Counted from the stretch's first letter, positions 35,901 through 46,229 are shown. The stretch: 64,000 bases of DNA from Escherichia coli (GCA_023061495.1 GCA_023061495.1_3643.1); one strand, 5' to 3'. The notes: a model not told the origin generated them from the letters alone. Translations and numbers: made by a program.

Positions 35901-37646
35901 ATGGCGCAAGACATGACAAGCTTCGAGCAGGCGGTAGATCAAGTAATTGTTGATTCTGAACGTTTGCACTTGATTGTCAACGGTAACGCTGTGGATGAAG
36001 TTGTCGTAGAGGATGGGACCACTATCCCTACGGTACGAAAAGCCATGCTTGACACCCTTTATTTTAAAACGCCACCAATCCCTTGGGCGTATGGTGCATC
36101 CACAACAGTTTTTAACCAGTTGTATGAGTTTAAAGGGGATACAGGCACTCAGTGGTGGTACGCCCCAGCAGCATCAAAATCTAACCCAGTTAGGATGCCA
36201 GCAGATCCTTCACAATCTCCGAACTGGAGATTATATACCGATTCTGCAGTAATGGCAAAATACTACGCAAAACTTAACAGCCCAAGGTTCGAAGGTGACC
36301 CGAGAGTACCTACACCCCCAATGGACGATAAGTCTGAGTCTATAGCAAACACAGAGTTTGTTGTTGACTATGTGGATAGCATATTTAAAGCCATGGAGGG
36401 GATGAAAGTTACTGTAGGGTCTTTGGTGGTAAAAGGTCTTACAGAACTAGCTAACACCATAGTTGGGGGCACCCTTACCTTACATGGGCCTGTTAATGGA
36501 GCAGATTCTACTGCACGCTTCAGGAACCTAATCCTCACGGCAAATACTTCTACACTTACTTTTGCGTGGAGCGATCCTAAGCATGCAGACTGGAGAAGCA
36601 CAGAGCTGCAACCTCATGAAGTGTCCACCCACAGGGTTATAGCTGACACTATAACCTCTGGGAAACCAGTGGCTAATAATAACGATGTACATTTTGATGG
36701 TCTTGGTAATAACTTTTTTGACTACGTGTACATTCGTGGTAATGCCATGAAGGCAGCAACCGAACCTACATTGCAGGTCGATGGGACCGCCAGGGTTAAG
36801 AACCTTGAGGTGACAGGCACCGTTACAGGGATAACCTACTCTGTTGATGGTACCATGATCTACCCTAGCTATATTGAAAGCACGGGTGATGCATTGATAA
36901 ATGGCGATTTAGAGGTTGGTGGGTCTGTAGTTATTCGAGGTACAGCCTCTATCCAAAACATAGCTCTGAACACTCTGAGAGTCAATGAGCGTGCAACTTT
37001 TGAAGGGGAAGGGCTTACAGCTAACAAAGGCATAATTACCGAGCTGACAACAACTACTTTAACTGCAACAACTGCAAACTCTGAAAACTGCAACGTTACC
37101 AGAAACTTGCAGGTAAACGGCGATGTTAGCTTAAATGACAACGGCACAGGAACAACACGCCTTCATAACCTTGAAATATCCGGCACAGTGACTGGGTGGC
37201 TGCCAGACTTCTCTAATGTCAATTTTGTTTGTAATGGTATTAACTCCAGCGGTAAGATAACCACCTCTCAAGGAATTGAGGCTGGTAAAACCATCACTGC
37301 CCCTACTTTCCACGCAGGAAAAGTAGACTTTGACTTAGAGGAGGTTGACGCATCTAGTGGGACATGGACACCTAACGGGCAGGCCAGTATGTATGTTGTC
37401 CACGCTAAAGGGGATTTTACAATAGGGCAGTGGCCTGGGACATCAGCGGAAGATAAACCTTATCCATTCACTGCAGTTATCTATGTCATTCAGGATGCCG
37501 TAGGTCACAACGTGACTTTGCACGATAAGTATGCTATCCTGTCGGCAACACCTGTTATTAACAACAAGGCTAACAGTGTTACCCTGCTGCAATTAACATA
37601 TTGTGGTGTTGGTGATATCGTAGACGTAGTAATTGCACAACGTTAA
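35901..37646 (+). CDS. tail fibre/tailspike protein
   Basis: 581 aa, RBS AAGGAGAAA; repeated beta-strand-like segments in the C-terminal half; terminator downstream. Confidence 0.5.
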   Translation: MAQDMTSFEQAVDQVIVDSERLHLIVNGNAVDEVVVEDGTTIPTVRKAMLDTLYFKTPPIPWAYGASTTVFNQLYEFKGDTGTQWWYAPAASKSNPVRMPADPSQSPNWRLYTDSAVMAKYYAKLNSPRFEGDPRVPTPPMDDKSESIANTEFVVDYVDSIFKAMEGMKVTVGSLVVKGLTELANTIVGGTLTLHGPVNGADSTARFRNLILTANTSTLTFAWSDPKHADWRSTELQPHEVSTHRVIADTITSGKPVANNNDVHFDGLGNNFFDYVYIRGNAMKAATEPTLQVDGTARVKNLEVTGTVTGITYSVDGTMIYPSYIESTGDALINGDLEVGGSVVIRGTASIQNIALNTLRVNERATFEGEGLTANKGIITELTTTTLTATTANSENCNVTRNLQVNGDVSLNDNGTGTTRLHNLEISGTVTGWLPDFSNVNFVCNGINSSGKITTSQGIEAGKTITAPTFHAGKVDFDLEEVDASSGTWTPNGQASMYVVHAKGDFTIGQWPGTSAEDKPYPFTAVIYVIQDAVGHNVTLHDKYAILSATPVINNKANSVTLLQLTYCGVGDIVDVVIAQR

Positions 37647-37654
37647 TATATCTA

Positions 37655-37680
37655 ACCGCTCCTGACGGGGCGGTTTTCTT
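37655..37680 (+). terminator. rho-independent terminator
   Basis: ACCGCTCC-TGAC-GGGGCGGT hairpin followed by TTTTCTT. Confidence 0.55.
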
Positions 37681-37694
37681 ATCTGGAGAACACA

Positions 37695-40600
37695 ATGCTT
37701 CCAATCCCTTTGCTAAAACTTGGTCGTCATTTCCTCGATAAGAGGGGTGGAATTAAGGAACTTGCTGTTCTGTCATACCCAATAGACAACAGTGATGGCA
37801 CAAGCACTACAGTACCCTATGTAAATAGCTTAGCTATACTTTTTGATGATGGTCAACTTAATATCACGGGATATAACAGGTTCGGAGAGTGCCGCACTGG
37901 GGATCTTGACACGATAAACTATCCCAACGAGGCTGCCTGGAACGTTGATCATGTGTGGAGAGCAGACCGTGCGTTTGTGATCCGAACTTTTGATAACCAG
38001 TTTTTCTACATCGGCTGCACTGCAGGGCTTATTGGGTCTGATGCTGCAGGCGGTAATGATGTTTGTGTAAGAGAGTGGACACCTCTTCCTGAACAGATCG
38101 TTAAAGGGTTGCACCTTGACACCCACCCAGAGCGCCTTATTGAGGTGATGGGTGGTATTAACAACACTGTCTGGGTTATTGCAGAGGCAGAAGGCACAGG
38201 CATACTGAATCTGTATGGGTCTGGTAACAACACCTACGGATCTTTGCATGTAGATAAAAATCAGCATGCAACCCCTGTAAAGATCGGTGAGACATCGGAA
38301 AATCCTGAAACAGGCCCTTGGAAAAACCCAAGCATTAACTGCGAGGTGCATGACAACTCTGTTATTTTCGGTGGTCCTAGAGGTTTCTGGATTGCTGGAT
38401 ACGACTTTCTGAGAAATAACAGTAGAAACGACCTTGTTTGGCCTCCTGTGCAGATTACTCGTAACGATTTGAGAGGCATTCCTGCAGATGAGGAGTGGAA
38501 AGGGTTTATGTGTGGTCCTAACGGGGCAATAATTGCCACACAGAGGATGCACAAACCTAATGACCAGCAGCTTGTTAACGTATTCTACGGGCAAGACGTC
38601 TGGGGAGATGACACATGGCGTTCCTTAAATATCACCTACACCCATGAGGTGATAATGGCTCGTGGATACGGAACAAGTGGCATTTTCTTCAATAATGGCA
38701 CTAAGCAGTATCGTGGGTTCTCTCGCAACTTGTGTAATGATATTGGTGCACAATCTGCAAACAATAGCCCTAGGGCCAATTTTATCCACTATCAAGCTCT
38801 TGCTACAGCTAAATATGTTGAGCAACGCCTGCCAGTTAGCTGGACAGAGAGTGTTTATTTCCAAGGCATCCACAGAGAAGGTTTCTTAGGGACCTTTACT
38901 GTTGTTAATGGTAAACTTTGGTGGTCAGGCATCCCGAGGGGAAGTTTTGCAGGATCTAACAACCTGTTTGGCGGCAGACTTAATAGTCAGGGGTTCACAG
39001 AGGTTCCTGAGAATTGGTATAAAAATGTCCCAGTAGACAGTTGGGGTGTTGATGATATTTTCGATGTTAACGGTGTTAGCAGCGTTAGCAATATCTACAT
39101 TGGTGACACGGTCAAGATGAAACTGAAGCCTCAGCCAGAGGGGGCTACGTTCATTATTGACAAAATTGAACTGGTAAATGCTGCAGGCACGGTTGTTACA
39201 GATGCAAATTACCAATTCTCCGCCAACTGGAACCACGGTGGGGCCAACGAAGTTGTTGTTACCCAATATAACAGAAATGTTAACAGACGTGGACTGTACT
39301 CTGTAAAAATAACCTATCATGACAAACATGGCACAGGCAGAACCCACACAACAAGGACTTTGAACTGGAACACTATCGTCCCAGCGTACCCGTCTGATGG
39401 TAAATGGCATACTGTCGGTAGAAACAAACAGTTCCATGTCAACGATACTGTATACTTTGGGTTGAATGCGGCCCAGCCTGCAGTAGAAGGGGATACATCG
39501 TATATGGTCAGACTCCATAGAATGGATGCTGGATCAGTAACTTATGATGTTACTCAAGAGATTTATAATCAGCGACGAAATACCTATGATAACTTGGTGC
39601 AGACACAGGCCTTATGGGAGTTCAACCCAAACGGCAGAGGTGGTAAAATGTTGCAGGTCAACGAACAAAACGGGACATCGTTGACGGTTCACGAACACCC
39701 AAACCCTTGGCCTGATCCTGGAAAACCTAACTCTGGTGCTCGTACATTAAAAATTGTCAGCCATGACGTAGGATATTTCGGAATACGCTGGGAAGCCACA
39801 GTAAGATATGCTGACGGGACGACAAACAATATTGGGATCACCCTTGGTGGCACTAGTGAGGATAACTCACTGAAAATTGCCTACACTCCTAGAGGCATTT
39901 CTATTGATAATATGGATGTTGTTCGCAACGGTTACGGGGATGTGAACATCAAAGTCACCCTTGGTGAACATCTTGGTGGGGAAAGAATCATCATGTATGC
40001 CTTTGATCATGACCCTCGCACCAACGGAACATATGCAGACCAGGCGTGGAGTTACCTGATAAGTGCACCTGAGCCAAATACTAAAGAATTCTACTACGGT
40101 ATGAAGCGCAATGTGTGCAAGAAAACAGGGACACATGACTGGATTGCAATCTGCGTTAAGGATGAGCGTACTGCTTGGAACGAACCTGTTAATAGATGGT
40201 TCGTAGGTATTCCCACCCGAAGTGATAAATACGTTGAAGAATATATTGTGTGCATGGGCGGCACCAACCTTAATATGTGTTGGAACGAGGATGCAAACAA
40301 CAAATACTCTGATTATGACTATATGCGGGACTATTCTTGCAATCAGTGGTTTAACCAACCTGGATATGCTGATCGACAGGCAAGAGTGAATCCTGCAATC
40401 TTCACAGATACTCAGGTTTTCTTGACAAAACAGGCTAACGAGGTTCAGACCTTCAAGAACAAATACGATCCTAACAAGTGGTTTTATAACTGTTATGGCG
40501 CATTTTTCTGGGGTCCTGGCGAACTACCTAATGGAGGATCTTGCTTCGAGGCTGCAACTTACGCCAGTGACAGGTTTATGGGGCAGGTTAAGAAGTACAA

Positions 40601-43430
40601 GATAATCCCTGGTCCTGAAACTCTGGGCAATGCCGTTGACCCTTATATCGTCATGACCGTGCTGAGATCAAACATGGATGGGACATCCATGTCTATGCAA
40701 GTTCCAGTAACAAACGGGTACAAACGTGTTGTGATGATCATTAAGTGCGACTTAATAGGTAAGCAAGTTCTTGCAGAAAACGGAACCTCAACACATTTAT
40801 TCGAGACTGCTCTGCATTATCAGTTTGCTGATTCACCTTTTGCAGGGGATAAGAGAATATCTGATACAGACAATGCTCGATGCAAGAAATTTATGCTTGG
40901 TGGTGGATGGTGGTGGTATGAATTTGATTTAACAGACAAATTCACCGACACGTCTAAAGTGGTGACAGGGCTTCGTCTAGATCTTGGCGAAAACATGCAC
41001 AAAAGTGTTTGTGATGGCACCTACGGTGACCCAACAATCTACTTAAAGTATGTTTCTTTTGAGCACCCAGAGGATGTCGTTTATGGTCCAAAACTGAGAC
41101 TGTTTGGCAATTGGATTGCTAAAGACAGGGCAGGTATGGGTAAAAAGGTGAGAGGGTTCTTAGTTGATGCAGGAACAGAAGACATGTTGGTTAATGCAGT
41201 GTGGCCTGAATTACCGGGAACTCAGTGGGACAATTCTGCTAAGTCTATAAACTGGTTCAATATCCACAGAGCTATGTGGGCAACTAACTGCTATCTGTGG
41301 AAAGAGTTGAATGACGGCGCTTTCGGGTTTACTGGTGGCAGAAGAATGGCAATCATTTGCTGGACAACGCTGCAGAGATGTTATGACCATGACTACGAGA
41401 TTGGAGGCAGGGCATGGAAAAATATAAGGGATAGAATCATAACTAACTTTGCAGATCCTAACGGTGGCGGGGCGTATGGTTTCGACTGCAGCAGGCTTAT
41501 CCATTTGAACGGATCTTCGGCCTATAAGAAAGAAGGCTACTCTGGGGCCATGATTGAATGGGGCTTGGTAAAAGATTCTCGTGTGTTGATGGGTCAGCAA
41601 CTTGCTGCTGCAATAGGACCGAACGCAGTACAATCTGTTAAACCAGCATGGTTCGATATCCCATTATGGTCCTCTGGAACACCAGGAACTGCTGCAATCA
41701 ACCCTACCACTGGGGATCTGGAAATCTCCTGGGAGGACCTGAAGCAGGTCGGTGGCTGGGATAAGGCAGGGTACCAGGTGCAATGGTGGAGATCTGACGG
41801 ATCATTGGCGGCTGATGAGTTTGTTAAGGACAATTTCTACACCATGTCCTCTGCAAAAGCACAGCAATTGTTTGGTCAGGCCACTCCGTCAACGATCACC
41901 ATGTCCATGTGCTGTAAAGACACCAGGACTGGAGCTCTGGGGCCAAGGGTTGCTAAAGTTTTCTCAGGTATTAAATGGAATCTCCCTGTTCAAAGTGTTT
42001 CATGGAAGCAAATAGGTGATAACAAGCTGCTGGTTACCCCAGCTTGTCAGTTCAGCGCAACTCTTAACGTTGATCCTGCTGTTGCGGCAAACTCAGCTAA
42101 AGCTTCTGACTTCTCTGTGTCTAACACTGCTATGGCAGATGTGAGGAAGATTGACACGCTGAACGCCAGAATTACCTGTAAAAACACTTATGGCACATTC
42201 CAGATCATCAACAACTTCACAGATGCTGATTCTAAGGTAGTGAGGACAGCAAGCCAAACTCTGAGTTTAGGAACTCTGGCCTACGCGGCCCTGATCACTG
42301 AACAGTCGGCAACACTCCAAGGAGGCGGTGTAGGCAAGTCCATTGCAACACCTGTGTGGAAGCCAAATGAGTGGGTTGTGTTTGATTTAACTGTGGACTT
42401 CTCCAGCGATAATAACTGGACATGGGTAAGGAATTNNNNNNNNNNNNNNNNNNNNNNNNNNNNNNNNNNNNNNNNNNNNNNNNNNNNNNNNNNNNNNNNN
42501 NNNNNNNNNNNNNNNNNNNNNNNNNNNNNNNNNTTCTTGTCACAACTGATGGGTGGCCCAAACTCAGTTAGTGATAGCCAAGACTCCACTGACCCGAGTG
42601 TGTTTCAGGTGGGTAAAACTCACCCAGAAACTGGGGCACCGTTGCCTGACAGGAAGTATGCTTTGGTTTGCATCTCTTACGGAAAAGCAGATGTAACCTT
42701 CTCAGGGACACACACATATAACGGCACTTACAACTTCTCTAAAAAGTACAGCCTCAAGGCAGGTAACATTGTAGACGAGGTTGGTGCGTTGTATAATCCA
42801 GGAAACGGGATAGGGATTGTAGGTGGTAAACTGCAGATGCAGGAACCTTCTATTACCCCTTCCAATGTGCCAGGAATCAGAAAGACTTGGGAAAGTAGTA
42901 ATACCAACATTGCAACAGTGGATGCTACCACAGGGCTGGTAACATTTAAAGCTACTGGGAATGTCACTATAAAGTTTGTAGTTACAGATGATGCAGGGCG
43001 CAAAACGTCTTCAACATCTTTTACTGTCAAACAGATGGCACCACAGTGGAGAATGTGGATAGGTACAGCAACAAACGGGGCATATCCTAATCCGGCAGGG
43101 ACTTCTGGTATGAAGACTTTCTCTACAAGCAAGCCGATGGAGTACGGCAGCGGTCCTAAGGTAGGGCAGATGGTGTACTTTGGTGCGTATATTCCTGAAA
43201 TTATAGGGCTTCCGAGAAGTCAGCTTCAGTTGCTGTTTGGGGCTGGTGTTGACGATCTTGCCACTTTCGGGTATAGAGACAACATCGATGCTGCAAGGAG
43301 TTCAGGATGGGTAGGGTTCAGAATGGAGTCTGGAAAGGAAGGCAGGATTCTAGGGACAGCCTCTATAGGTGTTATGTTCCCTGGTGACCAGCAGTATCGT
43401 CTAGAAGCCTACGCAACCTTTTCTCGTTAA
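37695..43430 (+). CDS. giant virion-associated protein (1911 aa) with bacterial Ig-like (Big_2-type) domain; part masked by N
   Basis: Single ORF preserved in frame across a 98-nt N-run; segment PSNVPGIRKTWESSNTNIATVDATTGLVTFKATGNVTIKFVVTDDAGRKTSSTSFTVK resembles Big_2 domains; ends at a bidirectional terminator. Confidence 0.55.
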   Translation: MLPIPLLKLGRHFLDKRGGIKELAVLSYPIDNSDGTSTTVPYVNSLAILFDDGQLNITGYNRFGECRTGDLDTINYPNEAAWNVDHVWRADRAFVIRTFDNQFFYIGCTAGLIGSDAAGGNDVCVREWTPLPEQIVKGLHLDTHPERLIEVMGGINNTVWVIAEAEGTGILNLYGSGNNTYGSLHVDKNQHATPVKIGETSENPETGPWKNPSINCEVHDNSVIFGGPRGFWIAGYDFLRNNSRNDLVWPPVQITRNDLRGIPADEEWKGFMCGPNGAIIATQRMHKPNDQQLVNVFYGQDVWGDDTWRSLNITYTHEVIMARGYGTSGIFFNNGTKQYRGFSRNLCNDIGAQSANNSPRANFIHYQALATAKYVEQRLPVSWTESVYFQGIHREGFLGTFTVVNGKLWWSGIPRGSFAGSNNLFGGRLNSQGFTEVPENWYKNVPVDSWGVDDIFDVNGVSSVSNIYIGDTVKMKLKPQPEGATFIIDKIELVNAAGTVVTDANYQFSANWNHGGANEVVVTQYNRNVNRRGLYSVKITYHDKHGTGRTHTTRTLNWNTIVPAYPSDGKWHTVGRNKQFHVNDTVYFGLNAAQPAVEGDTSYMVRLHRMDAGSVTYDVTQEIYNQRRNTYDNLVQTQALWEFNPNGRGGKMLQVNEQNGTSLTVHEHPNPWPDPGKPNSGARTLKIVSHDVGYFGIRWEATVRYADGTTNNIGITLGGTSEDNSLKIAYTPRGISIDNMDVVRNGYGDVNIKVTLGEHLGGERIIMYAFDHDPRTNGTYADQAWSYLISAPEPNTKEFYYGMKRNVCKKTGTHDWIAICVKDERTAWNEPVNRWFVGIPTRSDKYVEEYIVCMGGTNLNMCWNEDANNKYSDYDYMRDYSCNQWFNQPGYADRQARVNPAIFTDTQVFLTKQANEVQTFKNKYDPNKWFYNCYGAFFWGPGELPNGGSCFEAATYASDRFMGQVKKYKIIPGPETLGNAVDPYIVMTVLRSNMDGTSMSMQVPVTNGYKRVVMIIKCDLIGKQVLAENGTSTHLFETALHYQFADSPFAGDKRISDTDNARCKKFMLGGGWWWYEFDLTDKFTDTSKVVTGLRLDLGENMHKSVCDGTYGDPTIYLKYVSFEHPEDVVYGPKLRLFGNWIAKDRAGMGKKVRGFLVDAGTEDMLVNAVWPELPGTQWDNSAKSINWFNIHRAMWATNCYLWKELNDGAFGFTGGRRMAIICWTTLQRCYDHDYEIGGRAWKNIRDRIITNFADPNGGGAYGFDCSRLIHLNGSSAYKKEGYSGAMIEWGLVKDSRVLMGQQLAAAIGPNAVQSVKPAWFDIPLWSSGTPGTAAINPTTGDLEISWEDLKQVGGWDKAGYQVQWWRSDGSLAADEFVKDNFYTMSSAKAQQLFGQATPSTITMSMCCKDTRTGALGPRVAKVFSGIKWNLPVQSVSWKQIGDNKLLVTPACQFSATLNVDPAVAANSAKASDFSVSNTAMADVRKIDTLNARITCKNTYGTFQIINNFTDADSKVVRTASQTLSLGTLAYAALITEQSATLQGGGVGKSIATPVWKPNEWVVFDLTVDFSSDNNWTWVRNXXXXXXXXXXXXXXXXXXXXXXXXXXXXXXXXXFLSQLMGGPNSVSDSQDSTDPSVFQVGKTHPETGAPLPDRKYALVCISYGKADVTFSGTHTYNGTYNFSKKYSLKAGNIVDEVGALYNPGNGIGIVGGKLQMQEPSITPSNVPGIRKTWESSNTNIATVDATTGLVTFKATGNVTIKFVVTDDAGRKTSSTSFTVKQMAPQWRMWIGTATNGAYPNPAGTSGMKTFSTSKPMEYGSGPKVGQMVYFGAYIPEIIGLPRSQLQLLFGAGVDDLATFGYRDNIDAARSSGWVGFRMESGKEGRILGTASIGVMFPGDQQYRLEAYATFSR
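42436..42533. other. run of 98 N (masked or unresolved sequence) inside a CDS
   Basis: Literal N characters; flanking ORF remains in frame. Confidence 0.95.
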
Positions 43431-43449
43431 CAAGGGGGTAAATAAAAAA

Positions 43450-43476
43450 GGGGCCAAACGGCCCCTTTCTTTTTAT
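43450..43476. terminator. bidirectional rho-independent terminator between convergent transcription units
   Basis: GGGGCC-AAAC-GGCCCC hairpin flanked by an A-run upstream and a T-run downstream; separates the + strand structural genes from the - strand early genes. Confidence 0.7.
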
Positions 43477-43478
43477 AG

Positions 43479-43679
43479 TTAGTAATACTCCCAACATGCC
43501 CCATCTTCAGACGGCTTGACGCGCTTACCTTTATGGTCAACATAGGTATAGCCACAACCTTCACAAATAACAGGTGCTGCATAGCCTTCCTTCCACTGAT
43601 CCTCAGTGATCAGACCTTCCAAATCTTTGCAGTCAAAGCCAAACAACTCTTCAGAGCAATCTTTACAAAAATCAGCCAT
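43479..43679 (-). CDS. small zinc-ribbon protein
   Basis: 66 aa; C-x2-C ... C-x2-C spacing (CKDC ... CEGC); RBS GAGGA. Confidence 0.5.
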   Translation of the reverse strand: MADFCKDCSEELFGFDCKDLEGLITEDQWKEGYAAPVICEGCGYTYVDHKGKRVKPSEDGACWEYY

Positions 43680-43682
43680 TTC

Positions 43683-44090
43683 TCAGTCCTCGCATTTAAC
43701 AAATTTTTCTACAGATCCGCCAAGCACAGCTTGTTGCTTGATGGCACTTCCTTCATCATGGTGGATAGATTTATGCTCCGTTCCACCAAACTTCCCTGTG
43801 TGGAAGGTGTGCACCCAAATCTCTTTGGGAAGGGATTTATTCTCTTCTCCCACCAATTCCCACATACCCCACAAGTGATCTGTGATATCTCTGATGAAAT
43901 ATCCCTCACCGAGGTTTGTATTCACACTATAGGCCGATTCGTGATCTCCGTGAGTATAACGGAAGGCAGTGTACTCTTTCCCCGGTGTGAAGTGGGTATC
44001 CATCAGTATAGCTGTTAGAGAATTAGGGTCTCGAAAGCCCAAGAACTTTAGTTTAACAACTTCTACGTTTACACTTGCAAGATTATCCAT
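43683..44090 (-). CDS. hypothetical His-rich protein (possible metal-dependent enzyme)
   Basis: ATG at 44090 preceded by GAGGAGA; the track's start at 44165 would read through this RBS; 135 aa with DTHF, HGDHE and HHDEG motifs. Confidence 0.45.
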   Translation of the reverse strand: MDNLASVNVEVVKLKFLGFRDPNSLTAILMDTHFTPGKEYTAFRYTHGDHESAYSVNTNLGEGYFIRDITDHLWGMWELVGEENKSLPKEIWVHTFHTGKFGGTEHKSIHHDEGSAIKQQAVLGGSVEKFVKCED

Positions 44091-44120
44091 GACAATCTCC
44101 TCTGTTGGGTTGGTGAGATA

Positions 44121-44149
44121 ATCATATATAAATCTGGTGTTAGTGTCAA
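44121..44149 (-). promoter_or_regulatory. internal sigma70-like promoter on the minus strand (TTGACA, 17 bp, TATGAT)
   Basis: Minus-strand -35 TTGACA (44149-44144), spacer 17, -10 TATGAT (44126-44121); about 25 nt upstream of the RBS of the 43683-44090 gene. Confidence 0.5.
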
Positions 44150-44253
44150 GCTTAATTTTAAGCAATTTGAGAGGGTATTTTATTCAGAAGGGTAATCGCA
44201 CATAGGTAGGAAGTTTATGAAGGCACAGGCCTCGTTTGAGGCCTTAAAATCGA

Positions 44254-44634
44254 TTATGACACTTTGACGTAGCGCTCTGACAAAGCTGGAAAGCCAACAG
44301 CAGTACCTATGCTGCCGTATGCTATCCACCATTGAAGTTCATCGTGACACCATTTTCCGATCAGAAAGGTGCTGGGGTAGCGAGTCAGTATTTTGGCATA
44401 AGCTTTAGGGTCTGCATCCTCTGGGATAATGATGCTTGGAGCATCTTTGTTATGACCACAGCAGCAGTTTATAGTTTTCAATCCTGCCGCCCATAGACTC
44501 ATGATAGGCTTAGCCATGCACTTATCAAGGCACACACGTTTTTTGCAGTCACGGAGCTTTTTAGGCACATCAACGATAACATTTGGATGCTTGGCACCTT
44601 TAACTTTCCAATTATAGGATTTACACTTGCACAT
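44254..44634 (-). CDS. hypothetical Cys-rich protein
   Basis: 126 aa, RBS GGAGA; about 11 Cys including CKCK and CCCGH motifs. Confidence 0.45.
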   Translation of the reverse strand: MCKCKSYNWKVKGAKHPNVIVDVPKKLRDCKKRVCLDKCMAKPIMSLWAAGLKTINCCCGHNKDAPSIIIPEDADPKAYAKILTRYPSTFLIGKWCHDELQWWIAYGSIGTAVGFPALSERYVKVS

Positions 44635-44685
44635 TTAATCAGTCTCCATTTAGAAATCCACACTATTACGTTTTTGAGGCATACC

Positions 44686-44856
44686 TTACTTAAAGTCTTT
44701 GTCACCTATTACGATTGCACGAATCCACTCATTGTGATGCTTAATGGCGGTAAGGTGTAACATAATGTAGTGATTGTCATTACCAAACACGGCGCGATAA
44801 GCTTTAGCAGCACCATGGTATAACTTCCACATCAAGTAATGGTATCTTCGTTTCAT
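44686..44856 (-). CDS. small hypothetical protein (56 aa)
   Basis: Short ORF filling the gap between flanking genes; its ATG overlaps the upstream gene's stop (ATGA); below the ORF-track length cutoff. Confidence 0.3.
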   Translation of the reverse strand: MKRRYHYLMWKLYHGAAKAYRAVFGNDNHYIMLHLTAIKHHNEWIRAIVIGDKDFK

Positions 44857-45332
44857 GGCTCTTTCTCCGGTTCAGGATCTGGGTAATCTTCAATAATAAA
44901 GGGCCATCCGTTACGCTTAGCGTCAGACTTATACTCAATTTCCTTCATTGCAAACTCTAACTGATTCTTAGCCGGAATGCAAGCTGGAGAATCATCAACC
45001 CAGATGTCTGGGTAGATATCAAACTGCGCCAGATAAGCGGCCTTCTGAACGCCTCCAGTATAAAACACTCCAACATCGAGCTCCTTGCGCCAGTATTCGA
45101 TGTCCACGTTGTCTTGAGTGATGAATCGGAAAGTCACAAGATAGACTGTCCACCCCTCCTTCTTCAGGTCCTTAATAAGGCGGGAGAAGATGAAAGGGCT
45201 CGCATTAAACGTTCCATCAAAGTCAATAGCAATGATATGCGTGCAGTGACGAGTCTCATATGGATTGCTCGTGGTGAGATTGCTGTAGTTAAAAGGTACT
45301 TCTTCTCCGCAGTAGCTGTAGTCCATATTCAC
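44853..45332 (-). CDS. HAD-superfamily phosphatase-like protein
   Basis: 159 aa; motif I IAIDFDGTF (DxDGT) and later WVDDS; RBS GAGAAGGTG. Confidence 0.5.
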   Translation of the reverse strand: MNMDYSYCGEEVPFNYSNLTTSNPYETRHCTHIIAIDFDGTFNASPFIFSRLIKDLKKEGWTVYLVTFRFITQDNVDIEYWRKELDVGVFYTGGVQKAAYLAQFDIYPDIWVDDSPACIPAKNQLEFAMKEIEYKSDAKRNGWPFIIEDYPDPEPEKEP

Positions 45333-45604
45333 ACCTTCTCGTTGATAAATTTACGGGCGGTTTGGTGAGTTGTTTCTGCTGTCTTCAGAATGATATTAAT
45401 TTTATTGTCAAGATCATTCATCTCAGCAGTTAATTCAGGAATCTCTCCAGCATGCATGGTGAAATCATACATAGACATACCCAGGATCTCATTGATTCGG
45501 CGGTTGCATTCTGCAGCACGTTGGTTCATTTTCCAAGCTAACACTAGAGCCTCTTGCGTAGCCTCTAGTGCAAAGTCTAATACGTCAGCTTCTTCTTTCG
45601 TCAT
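45329..45604 (-). CDS. hypothetical protein
   Basis: 91 aa, overlapping stop/start with the downstream gene; function unknown. Confidence 0.45.
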   Translation of the reverse strand: MTKEEADVLDFALEATQEALVLAWKMNQRAAECNRRINEILGMSMYDFTMHAGEIPELTAEMNDLDNKINIILKTAETTHQTARKFINEKV

Positions 45605-45660
45605 CTCAGTCTCTCTTGTTGTATTGTTGATAGGTGTATGAATGCTTTATAACTCACCTT

Positions 45661-46227
45661 TTATTCAAACTGCAATAGCAAATCCACCACCGCGCTAGGT
45701 CTGTCAACAAACTCACCGGGCCCACATGCCCACAGAGGGTATCCGTCTACATACCGCCAAATCCAACCTGCAGTGTGGAGTTCTAGCAGGGCAGTACCGT
45801 CCTTACTGTCAACCACTCTTTCCCACAGTGTTGGGCAGCGAAGCTTGAGGATCGGATCCCCTCCCTTATACCCATCCATGTAGATACCCATTGCAAAGTT
45901 CAGCATCATCTTTTTGTGCACTGACCTCTTACTGAGGGTGCTCATCACTTCCTCTTTGTGGATGTTTGTAAGCTTCTCCTTGGCTACCTGCAGATCGTTG
46001 CAGCCATTGTTCAGAAGATCTTCCAGACACTTGACCCGAAGGTCGTGAATATCTTTGTCGTGCACCGTTGGTACAGGGTCGTAGCGATATAGCACTGTTG
46101 ATACAAGGTTGCTCGGGTGTGGGTCTGACAGCAACCCATAACCCCAATACTCCTCTGTATCTGAAAGGACAAGACACCCAATGTCTCTGTCAAGCTTTCC
46201 TGTGTTGTAAGCCACATTGACCGCCAT
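45661..46227 (-). CDS. hypothetical protein
   Basis: 188 aa, RBS GGAG with 8-nt spacer; function unknown. Confidence 0.45.
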   Translation of the reverse strand: MAVNVAYNTGKLDRDIGCLVLSDTEEYWGYGLLSDPHPSNLVSTVLYRYDPVPTVHDKDIHDLRVKCLEDLLNNGCNDLQVAKEKLTNIHKEEVMSTLSKRSVHKKMMLNFAMGIYMDGYKGGDPILKLRCPTLWERVVDSKDGTALLELHTAGWIWRYVDGYPLWACGPGEFVDRPSAVVDLLLQFE

Positions 46228-46229
46228 AA

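Noticed and set aside
14611-42533. Four N-runs as possible biological features or assembly gaps
   Set aside because: They are literal N characters of 94-98 nt; in three cases the flanking reading frame is preserved, so they behave like masked bases of true length and carry no biological information.
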